Positions 27,375-42,371 of a stretch of DNA of 64,000 nucleotides are shown here, in pieces (the stretch's first letter is position 1; each line of letters begins with the position of its first letter). This DNA comes from Octopus vulgaris. Its lineage: Eukaryota. The translations under genes and the position numbers were made by a program. The stretch covers positions 34,782,001-34,846,000 of the forward strand of contig OX597814.1 in the NCBI GenBank assembly GCA_951406725.2, given 5' to 3'. A model generated the notes under the pieces. That model saw only the letters and a list, made by a program, of their open reading frames with translations. It did no database searches and was not told where the DNA came from.

Positions 27375-28657
27375 ATCTGGCTCATACACTGTTCACTTTC
27401 CAGACATTTGTGCATTACTAAATATGCTTTATACGTACTTTTGATAAGTTGTAGTGTACCTGAGCACTGTATACAATAATTTCATCGTTTTAATTATTTT
27501 TAACTTCTTAACTCAATGAAATACGTTATATAAAAAAAGAATCAGCTTCTCAGTTTTTCGATATCTTAATAATATATAAAAAAAAACAAAAAAAAAACAG
27601 AAAAAATTCACGCGGTATATACTATCAGGTTCCAGTTTGAATTTCATAAGTTCGAGTCATCCTAACGTAAAATATTTCCGATGGGATGAAACGTGATCTT
27701 GAGTATTTCTGTCTTGACATTCTGTATTGCTGCAATCTTCTGCTAAACATGTTAGTCTACTGGCTGAACCGAAGCTAACAGTATCCTGCTGAGAACATGA
27801 CTCATTAGTTCCACTAACTGGAGAATTACATTTTCAGTTTACGTTTATGCAGATATACATGCATACTTTCATTTGTTCATGCTTATAGACGAACATATCA
27901 TATCACACACAAACACACACACACACACACACGTATACATGCAAGCACATATTATAGACAACTACACTCACTAGCATATATATACATATACATGCATACA
28001 TTCAGATATATGAATACATGTGTGCACGCGTGTGTACGTATAAAGTTCTCTGCTAATAAAAGTAAACCGTTAGAAGACATTTGACACTTACTTGTAATAT
28101 GTTCTACAGGTTTATAGCAAGTAGACGACCAAACTGCAATATGCGAAGACCTGAGGAAATAAATTGATATTATGGAAGGTGTGGCGATAAAATATAGCGA
28201 TCCTGTCTGTTGGATTAGCAACAGTTTTCGAAATAATAAGAATCTGAATATATGTTTATATGCCCAGCAGTCAAATTAAGGAAGTTTCGAAGTTGCAGAA
28301 ATAGAAATACATATACTTCATCTGAATATTTACGATTCATGATTTTAAATCTCTTATATAATAATGTTAGTTGAAATTTCAATTCGACTGATATTATATA
28401 AGAAATTAATAACGAATAAATTCTATTAAGATGACAACAATCCCCTCCAGGTAAATATTATGGAAAACACTTTATTGACCAAGCAATCAAACAAACCTCC
28501 TTATACTACCTCTGCTTTTCGCCTCTACGTAATTACCGCTTCCAGTTCCCAAAAAGTAAATGAATTTCAGTGAAAGTTATTCGACAAAATAGATCTGTTC
28601 TCCCTTGTACATCTATTGTCGCATGTACAATTCTGTGATAAAATACGTTCTTCCACC

Positions 28658-28815
<158 letters not shown>

Positions 28816-28961
28816 ATGTATATATATACATATACATATACGCATGCATATATGGGCACAGGACATCACCAACGGTGCAAATACAATGAAATACGTAAAC
28901 TAGAAGAAAAAAATGGAAAAACAGGACAAATAAACACAGAGAAAGGAGACAACCAAAAGAA

Positions 28962-29494
28962 GTATTTGACCCAGACTACCCTCTTCACACTGTTAAAAAT
29001 GGAGGAAGATCTGTGATGATCTGGGGGGCTATATCTTGGAAATCCGCCAGCCCAATAGTTTCCCTTCATGGCAGAATTAATAGTCAAGACTATTTAAGCA
29101 ATTTATCTCATCAAATTCGTCCTGGTGGCGGAACTGCTTCCGGTAGGAAGCGCAATCTTTCAGTATGATAATGCACCATTTCATACAGTTCAAGTTGTTA
29201 CTGAATGGCACGAGGAACGTTCTAGTGAAGTTGAACATCTTATCTGGCCACACCAGCCTCCAAATCTCAATATTATTGTGGTGAGTTGATATCCTCCACC
29301 ATCATCACCACAGGAACTGGAGACTGTTTTAGCTGAAGAATGGACCAAAATTCCTTTGGCAACAATTCAAACTTTCCTCGAGTCCATACCTCGTAGAATT
29401 GAAGCTGTAATTACTGCCAAAGGGGGTCCTATCCCATATTGAAATAAATTTGTTTGAAATGTTAAGGTTTTTCAGTTATTTTGTCCAACTCCTG

Positions 29495-29496
<2 letters not shown>
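28962..29496 (+). mobile_element. Tc1-type transposase 3' fragment with right TIR
   Basis: TVKNGGRSVMIWG, FQYDNAPFH, WPHQPPNLNII, EEWTKIP, SIPRRIEAVITAKGGPIPY*. Ends TTGTCCAACTCCTG|TA. Confidence 0.92.
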
Positions 29497-29533
<37 letters not shown>

Positions 29534-29534
<1 letters not shown>

Positions 29535-29931
29535 TAGCAGTATCACCCGGCGTTGCTCGGGTTTGTAAGGGAAATAACTATATAAGCATTTTTAGAGATG
29601 TAAAGTATAATAGCCATCTCAATATGGCTAACCACAAAGGGGAAGGGGTATTACTGTGGCTTTTTACGTTCTGAGATTTAATAATAATGTTTTAGAGAGT
29701 TACTTCCCTTATATATGCCAAAAATGCATTAAAAATGGGAAAAATCGATGGTAATGTTTTTTAAAATCGTAGACTCATCGTAGACGCGCGCTAATACCCA
29801 GAAAGGCTCGATATGAATCACGACTATAAGATACCCGGTTTTGGTTAAACTGCACCGCAAAATGTGGGAGTAGTTAGGAATCTAAATCGTAGGAGACAGA
29901 CAGCACACAACCTCTCTTTTATATATAAAGA
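29534..29931 (-). mobile_element. Non-autonomous Helitron (~400 bp)
   Basis: Minus strand starts A|TCTTTATATATAAAAG..CTGTCTGTC and ends with hairpin CCCGAGCAACGCCGGG followed by CTAG|T. Inserted in (AT)n. Confidence 0.85.
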
Positions 29932-30059
29932 TATATACATATATATATACATATACACATGCATATCATATTTTGTATACGAGACGCTATATGTAAACAA
30001 ACAATGAGATCGAAGATGTAAAATGGGTATTGGGCGTATATGCCATCTAAACGTATGTA

Positions 30060-30410
30060 TGTATATATGAATGTATATGTGCAGATTTGTATGCTTTGTA
30101 TTATGTATTGTCATGCATATAATTGCATATCTAGACTTGCTCATATATATTTAAATGATAAAATTCTGGAATGTTTTACACATTTTTACAGTGTCAGTGA
30201 TGGATTGGATCTGTGGTCTTCAAAATAGCTTTTTTCTTTCTGGCTTTGAGAAGCCTAATTTCTCAAGACTGGTACTTAGACAGTGTGTTGCATACTCCAG
30301 GGCCCCAATAATTACAGGCATAAACCTCAATTTGTAATCTGGATAGAGTAACTGCAGATTTCTCAATAGTTCAGCTTAGGTATTCTCTTTTCCACTGATC
30401 CACAGCTAGA
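30060..30410 (-). mobile_element. Second copy of the (CATA)n-associated RLE retrotransposon 3' end
   Basis: ELLRNLQLLYPDYKLRFMPVIIGAL..KLGFSKPERKKL..CKTFQNF. Nucleotide match to 10215-10510. Confidence 0.85.
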
Positions 30411-30474
30411 TGTCTGTCTCTGTGTGTGTGTGTGTCTCTATGTACGTACGTATGTATGTATGTATGTATGTATG

Positions 30475-30505
<31 letters not shown>

Positions 30506-30601
30506 GTGTGTATGTGTGCATGTATATATGTATGTATATATGTATGCATGTATGTATATATACATATACTTCTATATCTATCTATCTATCTATCTATCTG
30601 A

Positions 30602-30670
<69 letters not shown>

Positions 30671-30678
30671 ATGTATGT

Positions 30679-30712
<34 letters not shown>

Positions 30713-30992
30713 AATATTAGGGAGTATAAATCCAAACTTACGGGGAAAAATTCAATTTAGTATTAAATCAAATTTCACAATATAAATATATAATATATAT
30801 AAATTAGAGAAAAACCACTATTATGTAATTCAAACAATTGTTGCTTTTCCTGTTCGCCTTTGTATCGTCTTATCGTCTCAATTGCTTTATTTTCTCTATT
30901 ACACGTTTCTCCTATTTTTATATTTACATATACGTATAGCTGCGTACGAACATTTCTCACCTACACACCCACACACACACACACACACATAC

Positions 30993-31055
<63 letters not shown>

Positions 31056-31392
31056 GTATATTATGTATATATACACATATGAATATATATATGTATATAT
31101 ATATATATAATCATCATGATAACATAATCTAAGTGAATTCTATATACATGTGTGTTTGTGAGCGTGTGTATGTGCGTGTGTGCGTCTGTATGTGTGTGAA
31201 TGCGTGTGCGCGCGCGTGTTTTTGTATGTATCCATGTTTACGAATTAATAGTAATTATTCATTAACAACATTCTGTTCTGTCATTTAAATTATTACTCAA
31301 TTCATCCACATGTGTCGTGTGGTGAAAAATGGAAGTTGTAATTACGTACGAGTGAAAAGCAGACAAGATATCAGAAGGTCTCTTTAATATTT

Positions 31393-31622
31393 ATTTCTTT
31401 ACTACCCTCAAGGGGCTAAACATAGAGGGGACAAACAAGGACAGACAAACGGTTTAAGTCAAATACATCGACCCCAGTGCGAAACTAGTACTTTATTTAT
31501 CGACCCCGAAAGGATGAAAAGCAAAGTCGGCCTCGGCGGAATTTGAACTCAAAACGCAGCGGCGGACGAAATACCGCAAAGCATTTCGCCCGGCGCGCTA
31601 ACGTTTCTGCCAGCTCGCCGCC
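31393..31622 (-). mobile_element. tRNA-derived SINE family B (Meta-domain-like), 10-bp TSD
   Basis: Reverse complement of the GGCGGCGAGCTGGCAGAA..TTTCATCCTTTCGGGGTCGATAAA unit at 42.4 kb. TTTAATATTT on both sides. Confidence 0.9.
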
Positions 31623-32117
31623 TTTAATATTTTAGACGATTAATATTTTAGACGATTAAACTAATTGTTTAGTCTTGCTTTAACACTTCATGATAGACGA
31701 CACCCTCTTCATATCCTGCCTACCACTTTCCGGGTGTAGTCCTGGTTTGGGAAAGGATTCTCATTTTTTTATTGGATGCTAACTATTGACATTTTCGTTC
31801 GATATAACTGTAGAGAAACAAATTTCAATTACTTTCGGTGATTCTAGCCAGAAAACCTTCGGTAGCAAATCTACTCTTCAATAACGAGTAGATGGCACCG
31901 ATCTCGTTAATTGATAACGTGACGAGGACCCGCTCAACATGTATTGAGGCATCTACTTCATGAAGGTGTTTTAAGACCGAAGTGTGACTTGAACTGATAC
32001 CTGTGCAGTTTGTATTTGATTTTCATTAACTTCGATATGCTATCTGCAAAAGAAATTGTTCTGGTATAAATAGAAAGAATACATCTACTACGATGTGTAT
32101 ATATATGTATATATGTA

Positions 32118-32163
<46 letters not shown>

Positions 32164-32165
<2 letters not shown>

Positions 32166-32584
32166 CGCAGGAGTGGCTGTGTGGTAAGTAGCTTGCTAAC
32201 CAACCACATGGTTCCGGGTTCAGTCCCACTGCGTGGCATCTTGGGCAAGTGTCTTCTGCTATAGCCCCGGGCCGACCAATGCCTTGTGAGTGGATTTGGT
32301 AGACGGAAACTGAAAGAAGCCTGTCGTATATATGTATATATATATATGTGTGTGTGTGTGTGGGGGTTGTGTGTCTGTATTTGTCCCGCTAGCATTGCTT
32401 GACAACCGATGCTGGTGTGTTTACGTCCCTGTCACTTAGCGGTTTGGCAAAAGAGACCGATAGAAGAAGTACTGGGCTTACAAAGAATAAGTCCTGGGGT
32501 CGATTTGCTCGACTAAAGGCGGTGCTCCAGCATGGCCGCAGTCAAATGACTGAAACAAGTAAAAGAGTAAAAGAGTAAAGAGTA
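32164..32584 (+). mobile_element. tRNA-derived SINE family A, full length, with internal TA/TG microsatellite
   Basis: GGCGCAGGAGTGGCTGTGTGGTAAG..GGTTCAGTCCC head and (AAAGAGT)n tail. Other copies at 38157-38473(-), 40245-40310(-), 40879-40962(+), 53040-53349(-), 53441-53597(-), 56205-56495(-). Confidence 0.92.
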
Positions 32585-33094
32585 TACATATATACACATA
32601 TAGTAAATACGCACACATGTATATGTATAATAGTGTGTACATACATTGGCATACTCAGTCCCATATGCATGCGTAGTATATGCTTATATATCCATCCATT
32701 GTAGTGTGATATTCGCAGAGATAAAGAAAATTAATTTTATAGTATATCAAATTTAAACTCCGAATACATTTTTTGATTGGAATTTATGAATCTATGAATT
32801 GTATATCTGTGTGTATGTGTGTGTGTCTGTGCGTGCGTGTGCGTGCATGTGTATGCATGTATGTGTGTACTTACATCTATACTTTTGTTTTAAAGCGTAA
32901 TCTTAGTGTATACGTGTATCATATGATAAATCTACACTGATATTGGTCAGGGACACATATTCATACATTCATACACACTGATTAATTTGTAATTTTGATT
33001 AAATATACGATAGTGTCTTCATTTTTGAGCATTGAATATTTCAATATGTCACATGCTCATTTCGTTTTTGTTTTCGCGCGCGTAAAATGTGTAC

Positions 33095-33133
<39 letters not shown>

Positions 33134-35634
33134 TGTGTGTGTGTGTGTGTGTGTGAGTGAGTGCGAGTAAGGGTGTTACTATGTGTGCGTAGTGAACGTG
33201 GGAACTAGGAAATCTACTCTCTCCCCATCCTGACAATTTCTTTGTAACATTTCAAGTTTGGCATGATTTTATACTGGTAAATGACTATAGATATGACAGC
33301 TATGAGCTTAAAGGTCATTTGCTGTTATACACTTCATGTATTTTCGGTTCAGTCCCCCTTTCCTCAAATTTATGTATGTATGTGTATATACATGAGTGTG
33401 TGTGTGTGTATGTGATTACGTGTGCGTGTGTGTGTGTCTGTGTGTGTCTGTGTGTGTGAGTGTGTGTGTATGTGTGTGTGCGTCTGTGTGTGTGTGTGTG
33501 TGTAAAATAGCAGGAATGAAATGCTTTAGCTAAAATACTTCAATTGAAACAATTGGAATGTCCAAAGCAATTAGACAGCTATTTCAATATAAAATTCATT
33601 CTGAGTAGACATAAAGGTCTTAAACTTTTAGAGAATTTGCAATAGGAAGTTTGGTTCTCGTGTATTTCCCGAAATTTTTACTGACAAAAATCATTTCAAC
33701 CATAACTTGAAACCTCATAAATAGCCTTATGGCTTTGCTATATGTTATTGATTTTCAGCATCGGTGCAAACAAAAACTTGCGGCAAAAGTGGGCATAGTC
33801 CATTAAATAAAACGCGTTACTTTTACTGCGATTTATTTCAAAAGTAAAGTCCAATGAAATTTAAACTTAGAAAGCTTACAGTCGTAACAAAATACCACAT
33901 GGCGTGTTATCAGATTCTGCTGTCCAACACTTTTTGATTCTTTATCTTACATGAATTTCTGAGGGGAGTATAGTACACAATAGCTGGGATGGGATGTAAT
34001 ATCGACCATCGATACTTTATATCATCAAATCCGGAAAAAGGACGAAGTCAACCAAGACAGAACGTAAATGGAAGTAAATATTAATACATTAAGTTTTTTT
34101 TTTATCTTTATCTAAATTTTTTGCTATCCAATCTACCACTTCATTTTCACTTTTTCATATTCATTATGATAGTTTAGAAATCGAAAATGGGAAGAAATAA
34201 TTATTAGTATCTGCTCTAATGAAATCATTTAACAATGATATAGCTAATGCCAAATTATATTTGTGTATGGTGTCTCTAAATAATTCTACTTTTTAAGTCA
34301 TCAATGTGCGAACCTATATATCATTTACTATTATTTCGAAAACCACGTTCATGGTATATGTTCCTGATAAAATCAGAATACTGCTGATAGATTTTTTCCT
34401 GTATGTGGCAGCGCATTGATGAAATTGGTTCGACTGCGGAATAAAATTCCTCGCCCTATTTGTTTCGACATTCTGCATTTAATTCTGAATTCAGTTCTCA
34501 GCGGACCCAATTTGTCTTTTGATTTTTCGGCGTCAATAAAATAAAATACGTTTCCAAGACAAGAATTGCCGGAATTGTAAGAGAGTGTCGGATAAGACGC
34601 CTTTCAGAAACTGTTCTGATTCTTTGGTATCAAATTTACAAGTGTTAGATATAATTAGTCGCGTGGTTTAATACCATCGTTGTGTTTAGTAGAGTTCGAT
34701 CTTTTGCAAATTTTCTGATAAAGACTTTTGCCTGAAGTTAACTTCCACTCCTTCTCCTCTCTGCTTTAGCCACTCAAAAAAATAAAAGATAACGAGTGAT
34801 TCTCTTTCCTCTTTCAGTAGTGGTAAGAATATAATAAAATATATGAAACCTTTGGCTAATTTTGTTCTTTCTTTACGACGTAATTATTTCTAGTTAATCA
34901 TGTTAATGCTCCTATCATTAAATATGTTAATATGAATTTCATTATCTCTGTATTATATATAACGCAACTGTGTGGATATTTAAAAGTGTCTTTAGCTAAT
35001 AAGAAAACACATTTCAAAGAAGCCATAAATGTGAATCTGATACAATTAAAGAGGATGGAACAAGGAAGGAAAACAACAATGCCTATTATTTCAATATACG
35101 TTTTATGAAATATATGTAGCGTTTTATTTTTTCGATGTGAGTTTTCTAATTAAAATCATTGATCTAAATTTTATTTGAAACAGGAGACATTTTGATAACT
35201 GTAAGAATACTTACAAAATCAGTAAATATATATATGATATCTGAAATGTAATTTTCCTTTTCGACAGCTACAAATAAAACAGATAAACAAATATGCTTAT
35301 ATTAAATACAATATAGGAGGTTAAAAATATATGTTTGGATATTATGTTATTATGATTTTTCAAATAATCCTGTTTAAATTACGTATCTAAAGCTAAGGAA
35401 TAATGTATTTGATAAAACTCCTTTGTTGATTTAATAGATGAAACTACAAGAGATTGTTGTTTGTCAGACTTATACGTTGTACCTATGTATGTAAGTAGTC
35501 AATTTTCTATGTATCTACCTCTCTCCTTATCAATCTCTGTAAATATATACGTCTTTCTATCTGTCTGTGTGTGAATATATTTACAAATAATACAAATAAT
35601 ATATAATATATATATAATACATAATCTCTCTTGT

Positions 35635-35695
<61 letters not shown>

Positions 35696-35776
35696 CATAT
35701 ATATTATTTAATTCAATAAACAAGTGCAGATGTGGGATGGTATAAGCAGGTGTAAGATTTTCCACCTCTTTCTCTG

Positions 35777-35807
<31 letters not shown>

Positions 35808-36244
35808 GTTCTTCTATCACATATTTTTCTGTGCCTCTCTTTGTAATTTCTGTATATTTATTTCTTAAATTATGGGAGCTAGAGTGTATTATTTAATATA
35901 ATATTCAAGTATTTTGTTGCTTAGCAAATGCACATGACATAAATTCAATATGTTATAAGAATATAGGTAGAGTTTGTAATAAGAATGTCAGAAATGATCA
36001 TTTTTCTCAATATTTGGCAATCATACCAGAATTAATAAATACACACTCACACACACACACTCACACACAAACACACACAGAGACGCACACACATATATAT
36101 TTATATGTATACATAATCACACACATATACTACATACATACGTATGTACACGTATGTATATCTGTGTTCTTCTGCGCATCTCCTTTTTTTCCTTGATCAT
36201 TAGCTAATGCATTCGCAGAAGAGGCATCAGTAGGATCACAGTGT

Positions 36245-36312
<68 letters not shown>

Positions 36313-37036
36313 TTACTATCATTGTATTGCAAAGAGTGGATTAGAATTTATATATGGGAGAAAATATTTAGGAAATCTGCCTGATTTATCTAAACAAATA
36401 GACGACGAACTAAAAAGAAAAAGGAGACAGATGCATTCTTGAAAATATACTTGAATTATTTATTTGTACACAGGGCAGCTTTGAATAGTAAACAACAAGA
36501 TTTTGTTGTGGACAATATGAATTACAATCGGCTGATGAAACTGATCTACTAGCAACAGATCGATGCAGCTTTACCGTTTGTATTTCTAGCATATTGATTA
36601 CCGTCACGATAGACACATTTTATGATGGTTTATTGCTCAAGTCTTATCGGCCATCTTACTCTACTTTAACATTTGTAATTTAACGCTGATCTCTTAATCA
36701 CTCCTAGAAGACTAAAGCTGTCCAGATTGTTGCCTGTATGTAGATTGAAAACTGGATGCTATAAAATATCTTGATATTCATTGACATTTAGATATATTTA
36801 GGAAGTTTATATATTCTTTATCTTCAGCTACAATATTATCTTCTTTAACAGGTAATCGTGTGCATCTTATGGGGAAAATATAAATAACGACAGCAGCAGC
36901 AGTAAATGGCCGCGGTGAAAACAATTGGTATTATGCAATAAGTATGTTCGTTTCGTTTCTGTATTTTGTTTAACTCAGCTGAAGTTGCATGCCACCATCT
37001 ATCTTTCTTTTCGTCGATCCATTCACTAGTCTATCA

Positions 37037-37168
<132 letters not shown>

Positions 37169-37199
37169 GCCTGTCTGTCATTTTGCATGCCTGTCTGAC

Positions 37200-37241
<42 letters not shown>

Positions 37242-37249
37242 TATGATGG

Positions 37250-37572
37250 TAAAGAACCCTTTCGGTCATGAATGACCATGGGACTGCACCGAGGAAGTTC
37301 CGAGCAAGTCCAGGCAGGGTTGTTTATGGAAGACCAGCAGTCGCGCCTACATATCGGCTTCCCTTCCCCATATCGCCGATGTTATCCAGTGAGAAGACAA
37401 AAGCCGATACAGATCGGCATCAGTGACGTCGTAACTCATTTCTACAGCAGAGTCAACTGTAGCAACGTTAAATAAAGTCTCTAGCTCCACTACAGAACAC
37501 ACAGTCCGGTCCAGGAATCGAAATCACTACCTCATGATTGTGAGCCCGATGCACTGAGCCATGCACCTTGGC
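37250..37572 (-). mobile_element. tRNA-derived SINE with a head related to 9429/53740/60276 but a different tail
   Basis: Minus strand GGTGCATGGCTCAGTG..TTTCGATTCCTGGACCGG head. Tail CCCATGGTCATTCATGACCGAAAGGG. Confidence 0.7.
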
Positions 37573-37789
37573 AAATATACGTCACGATGTGTTGTAGCTA
37601 CTGTTTATAACTCGCTCTGAGATTTATTATTATTATATATATACTTTTCTATCTATTTACTCTATTTTTTTACCTTAAATATTTATCATAATCAATGTGT
37701 TGTAGGAAACTGATCCTAATGTTTTAAGTTTCAAATTCAATTAATGGAGTTTCTTCTATAAGAAAATTTATTTTATTTATTTTTTAAAT

Positions 37790-38074
37790 AAATATTGTTT
37801 AACTATTTTCATATTTATTTAACTATTATTGTTAACCTGAAGATTGACTATAATTTTAAATTGAATTCATTTCAATTAAATCTAAATTTAATTGTAATAC
37901 GAATTTAATTATAGCCATAGTTTTTTTAAAATTATATATTGATTATTCATTTTGATACTTTTTGTGATCTAGTTATATGTTTAATAAAAATATATTTTAT
38001 TTGTTATTTATGTTTTGGTTTATGTTTATCATTGTTTGAATTACATAATAGTGGCTTTTATCTCTAATTTATAT

Positions 38075-38075
<1 letters not shown>
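37790..38075 (+). mobile_element. Copy of the AT-rich hammerhead-like dispersed element (see 5140-5720)
   Basis: CTGAAGA-TTGACTATAATT..AATTATAGCCA and TTACATAATAGTGGCTTTTATCTCTAATT match the reverse complement of 5230-5515. Confidence 0.7.
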
Positions 38076-38136
<61 letters not shown>

Positions 38137-38156
38137 GTATATATGTATGTATGTAC

Positions 38157-38473
38157 TGCAGCCATACTGAGATAAAGACTTGAAGTGCATTAACTGAACG
38201 AATCAACACCAGTACTTATGTTTTAAACCGTGTTACTCAATATTGGTCCCTTTTGTTAAACCACTAGTTATTGTGATGTAAACAAATAGCACTGTTTGTC
38301 AAGAGGTGGTGGGGAACAAACACAAACACACACACTTCCAGTTTTTGTCTCTCAAATCCACCTACAAATCTTTAGTCAGGCCGAAGCTATCGTAGAGGAG
38401 ACTTGCCGTTAGTGCTGCACAGTAGGAGTGAACTCCAGAACCATGTAGATGAGAAGCCAGCCACACCTGCGCC
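38157..38473 (-). mobile_element. SINE family A, diverged copy
   Basis: Reverse-complement similarity to 32164-32584. Confidence 0.8.
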
Positions 38474-39127
38474 TAAGTAGTATTTTTTCTTTTTACCGCT
38501 GCCAAAGTAAACTCATCAATATTGTAATTGAGCAGTTGACTGCAGTAGTGGACTAGACCACCTTTAGCATATAATTGGAAATAAGTAATAATAGATAGGT
38601 AATCTTATTGACTGATATATTCGTACATTATTCCTGAAAGCGAAATTAATGGACATATTAATATTAAATTTTATCTTTTGTGAAAGTACGTACATTTTAA
38701 ATGAGTACACTACTTAATGAGATTTAACAGTGTGAATACTCGGTCGGTACTAATTTTATATGGTTTCAAACGACGAACAGATTTAAAGTCAAACCAAAAT
38801 CAATTTAAGCAGAGAATGTAAAGAGACGAAAATAAACTCTTGTAGTCATTTTGTCGGGTACTGTGCCAATTCTTCCATACACCACTCCCAAAGGAAATAT
38901 TTCATTAGTGTAATGTTTAAATATTTTAATTTTTAAACTATCATTCTTTTCTTGTTGCATAGTTAAGTATTCTCTGCAAAACCAAACCGAAATTCGTCAA
39001 GTGGATCTCATAATGGATTTTCAACTTGAATAATTTCCTGTGATATTTTTCTAAATTCAGTATACGTAGGGCATTCGCGCGTGCGTGTGTCCGTACATCT
39101 GTGTATGAATCTCGTACTGTCTTTCCT

Positions 39128-39173
<46 letters not shown>

Positions 39174-39264
39174 AATATGCGTAATATATTTATATACATA
39201 TATATATACATATATGCACGTAGGTGTATACACACACACATGTATATGTATATATATATGTATA

Positions 39265-39304
<40 letters not shown>

Positions 39305-39391
39305 CATATATATGTATATGTATATATATTTGTACATGTACAAATATTTATATACATATACAGACACACACAAACACACACACACACACAC

Positions 39392-39431
<40 letters not shown>

Positions 39432-39903
39432 AGAGAGAGAAAGAGAGAAGGAAAGAGAAAGTGAGAGAGAGAGATGATAAAATATACTTTACCCTGAAGC
39501 ATTAGCGCGGTAAATGGAATCGCTTGATATTTATTCATCATAAGAAACTATCAATGCGTGATCAGCCCTATCCAAATGTCTCGGAATCAGAGAAGTGACG
39601 ACCACATATTTCCTGCGGGTAGACGTAAGTTAAGCGAAGGCTGTGCAACTGGAAATAAAATCTAATTGACAAAATGCACACAGGAAACACGCCTGGACGC
39701 GTGCGCAATAACACGCACACACAAACGCATATTCTTATGCATACATGCGCTTTTTCTTATACACTGCTTCTCTGTCATTTAATAAACATGTTTGAATATA
39801 CCTGTGTATATAAATGAATGTTTCTGAATTTTTATATGCACAACCCCAACACACAAAAATGCGCACCCCTGCGCGTATATATATATATATATATATATAT
39901 ATT

Positions 39904-39956
<53 letters not shown>

Positions 39957-39958
<2 letters not shown>

Positions 39959-40155
39959 AATCCAAACATGAAAACACAAAGGGAAAACATAACAACGCGA
40001 GGACGTGGAACAAGTATAGTGTTATTGGACGCTCGGGAAAGGAAAGAAATAAGGAGGATTTAACGTTTCGAGCGGAGCTCTTCGTCAGAAACATAGAAAA
40101 AGGAAAGATCCAAGGAAGGGAAGACGGAGGAAAAACATCGCCAACGATACACACG
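39957..40155 (-). mobile_element. Penelope-type pLTR fragment with minimal hammerhead motif (40058-40092)
   Basis: GTTT-CTGACGA-A-GAGC-TCC-GCTC-GAAA-CGTT-AAAT. Related layout at 61150-61365. Confidence 0.7.
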
Positions 40156-40632
40156 ATATATATATATATGAGGTGGTAACAGCCGTTACACATATGTGTG
40201 TGTGTGTGTGTATTGTGCATATGAATACTGGTGTCAGTTATCAGACCATGGCCATGCTGTGGGACCTCCTTAAAAAATTTTTAGTAGAGCAAATCAACCC
40301 CAGGAGATATTATTTATTTATTTTTTTAATTTTTTTATTTATTTTTTTTTTACCCTGTAAGTTTGGATTTACTCCCTAATATTATTATTATTATTATATA
40401 TATTTATATATATATATATCCGTAAATATATAAGAGAGTTAACGTTAAATAGGTTAACTCTAGTGCTAGAAATAGCTGGTTTGTTATGTGCTAGGTCGCT
40501 TGGTATTAAAATAAGGGTATTATTAATTTAATATCTAATTTTTCACTCTCATTTTTGAGTGTATGTATATATATATATATTATTTATCATTTATTATTTA
40601 ATTGAATGCGAAGCATCCATTTCCAAGTAATT

Positions 40633-40701
<69 letters not shown>

Positions 40702-41989
40702 AATTCGAAGGAGTCATAATCTCATTAGGGATTATGTAATACAAGAAATTCCACTGTTAATCTCTATCATATAATGCGAATATCATTTGTATGTTAAGGA
40801 TTATTGTAATTATATATATTATTAATATTGAAGGAAACAAAATGGAAAGAATTGGATGTATAAAAGTGTATTTGTATAGACGCAGGAGTGGCTGTGTGGT
40901 AAGTAACTTCCCTACCAACCACATGGTTCCGGGTTCAGTCTTACTGCCTGACAACTTGGGCATGTATATATATATATATATATATATACGCACAAACACA
41001 TAGCGCTAATCAAATAACGCGAAATATAAGTAAGGCGATATCTTTTATCAGCTCCCAGGGACCCCTGCCTAGTGTCTGTGATCGAAGAGGAGATTACTAC
41101 TACGAAATGCTTGCATCTCACAGTTTAGATAGGTGACGCTGCGAACTGATATGGGTGTATCAACACCATTCTGTCGACAGCAAGAAATTTTCTCCATGAC
41201 AAATACAGTGAAAATCTTATTTACGAGTCCAAAAGTGCCACACGCATATTTGAACTGGTAATGGCATTACACATAAATAAATATGTGATGAGTAGTGCCG
41301 GCTCCGACCAATTATTGATGATTGGAGATTTAGTAGGAATACATGTTCATATGTGGTACCCTACATACTTTGAGATAGTGAGATCTGTAAAAATTCATCT
41401 TATCATCGATTGTCGACCGCTGCAGAGGATTCGCTGACTTAGTTACCGCCGATTATCGAAGCAGACGTAGCCTAAGCTTGAAGCGAGTTCTAGTGACTTG
41501 TTTAACTGCCAGTGGTCTTTCAGTACGCCGGACACAAGCCCGGAATTTCTGAGGGCCTGTGTTATTGCTAGACAGTCGTTGAAACTACAGGAGGTTCATC
41601 CGTCCATTTTAGAGGTCTTGATTTTAGTGCTGCTGGGATTCTAGCAAATCTCCTCACCAGGCAATCCTAGTTGGGGTGCTGCTTAAGTCACCAACGACCA
41701 GACCATTGAACAGGTTGAATTGAATTTCATATGTTACCTGTAGAACCCACGAGAGACCTTGCAAGTGACCTGAGACACACAAATCTATGATGGTATTTTG
41801 GCTAAATTTTAATAAAAACACCTCAGCAACAGCAATGATCACTATCTATGGAATGGAACGCATTGAATAACAAGTAAGAGCTCATCTCACAATGTACAGC
41901 TTCGTTCATCCATGTCTCATTACATTAAGAAACTGATGCTTTTCTAGACTGCGACAGTAGATATGTTAAACAGAAATTCTGTTGCAATG

Positions 41990-42260
41990 AAAGAATTTAC
42001 AGATGATTGGAAGGTGATATTTGAGCCATTAAGGTAAACCAATGATATTAGTAGGATCGAAAACCTTCAAACTTGGTATTGCATTTTGATAACTGTTGAC
42101 TGTATATGAAAAATGAGCTTGGAATTCTACGTATATGTTGTAAGCTTCTGTGGACAGGACACCTTAACAATATGCAATGAATAAGTAGTGGTCTCAAATT
42201 CGTGTTCCTGCTGGATAAAACCCTCAGGCATTCCACTCAACGAAGTCACTGTAATTCAAA
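41990..42260 (-). mobile_element. Very decayed CR1/L2-like RT relic (tentative)
   Basis: LSGMPEG..NLRPLL resembles SGVPQGSxLGPLLF. Otherwise degraded. Confidence 0.3.
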
Positions 42261-42371
42261 AGAGAGTACTTATTATCATTTCCATTGATGGAACTGACGC
42301 CGTGAAAATCCCTACGGGTAACAGCTTAAAACACATGAAATAAATTGCTGCAGCAATAGTGTTCTACAAAA

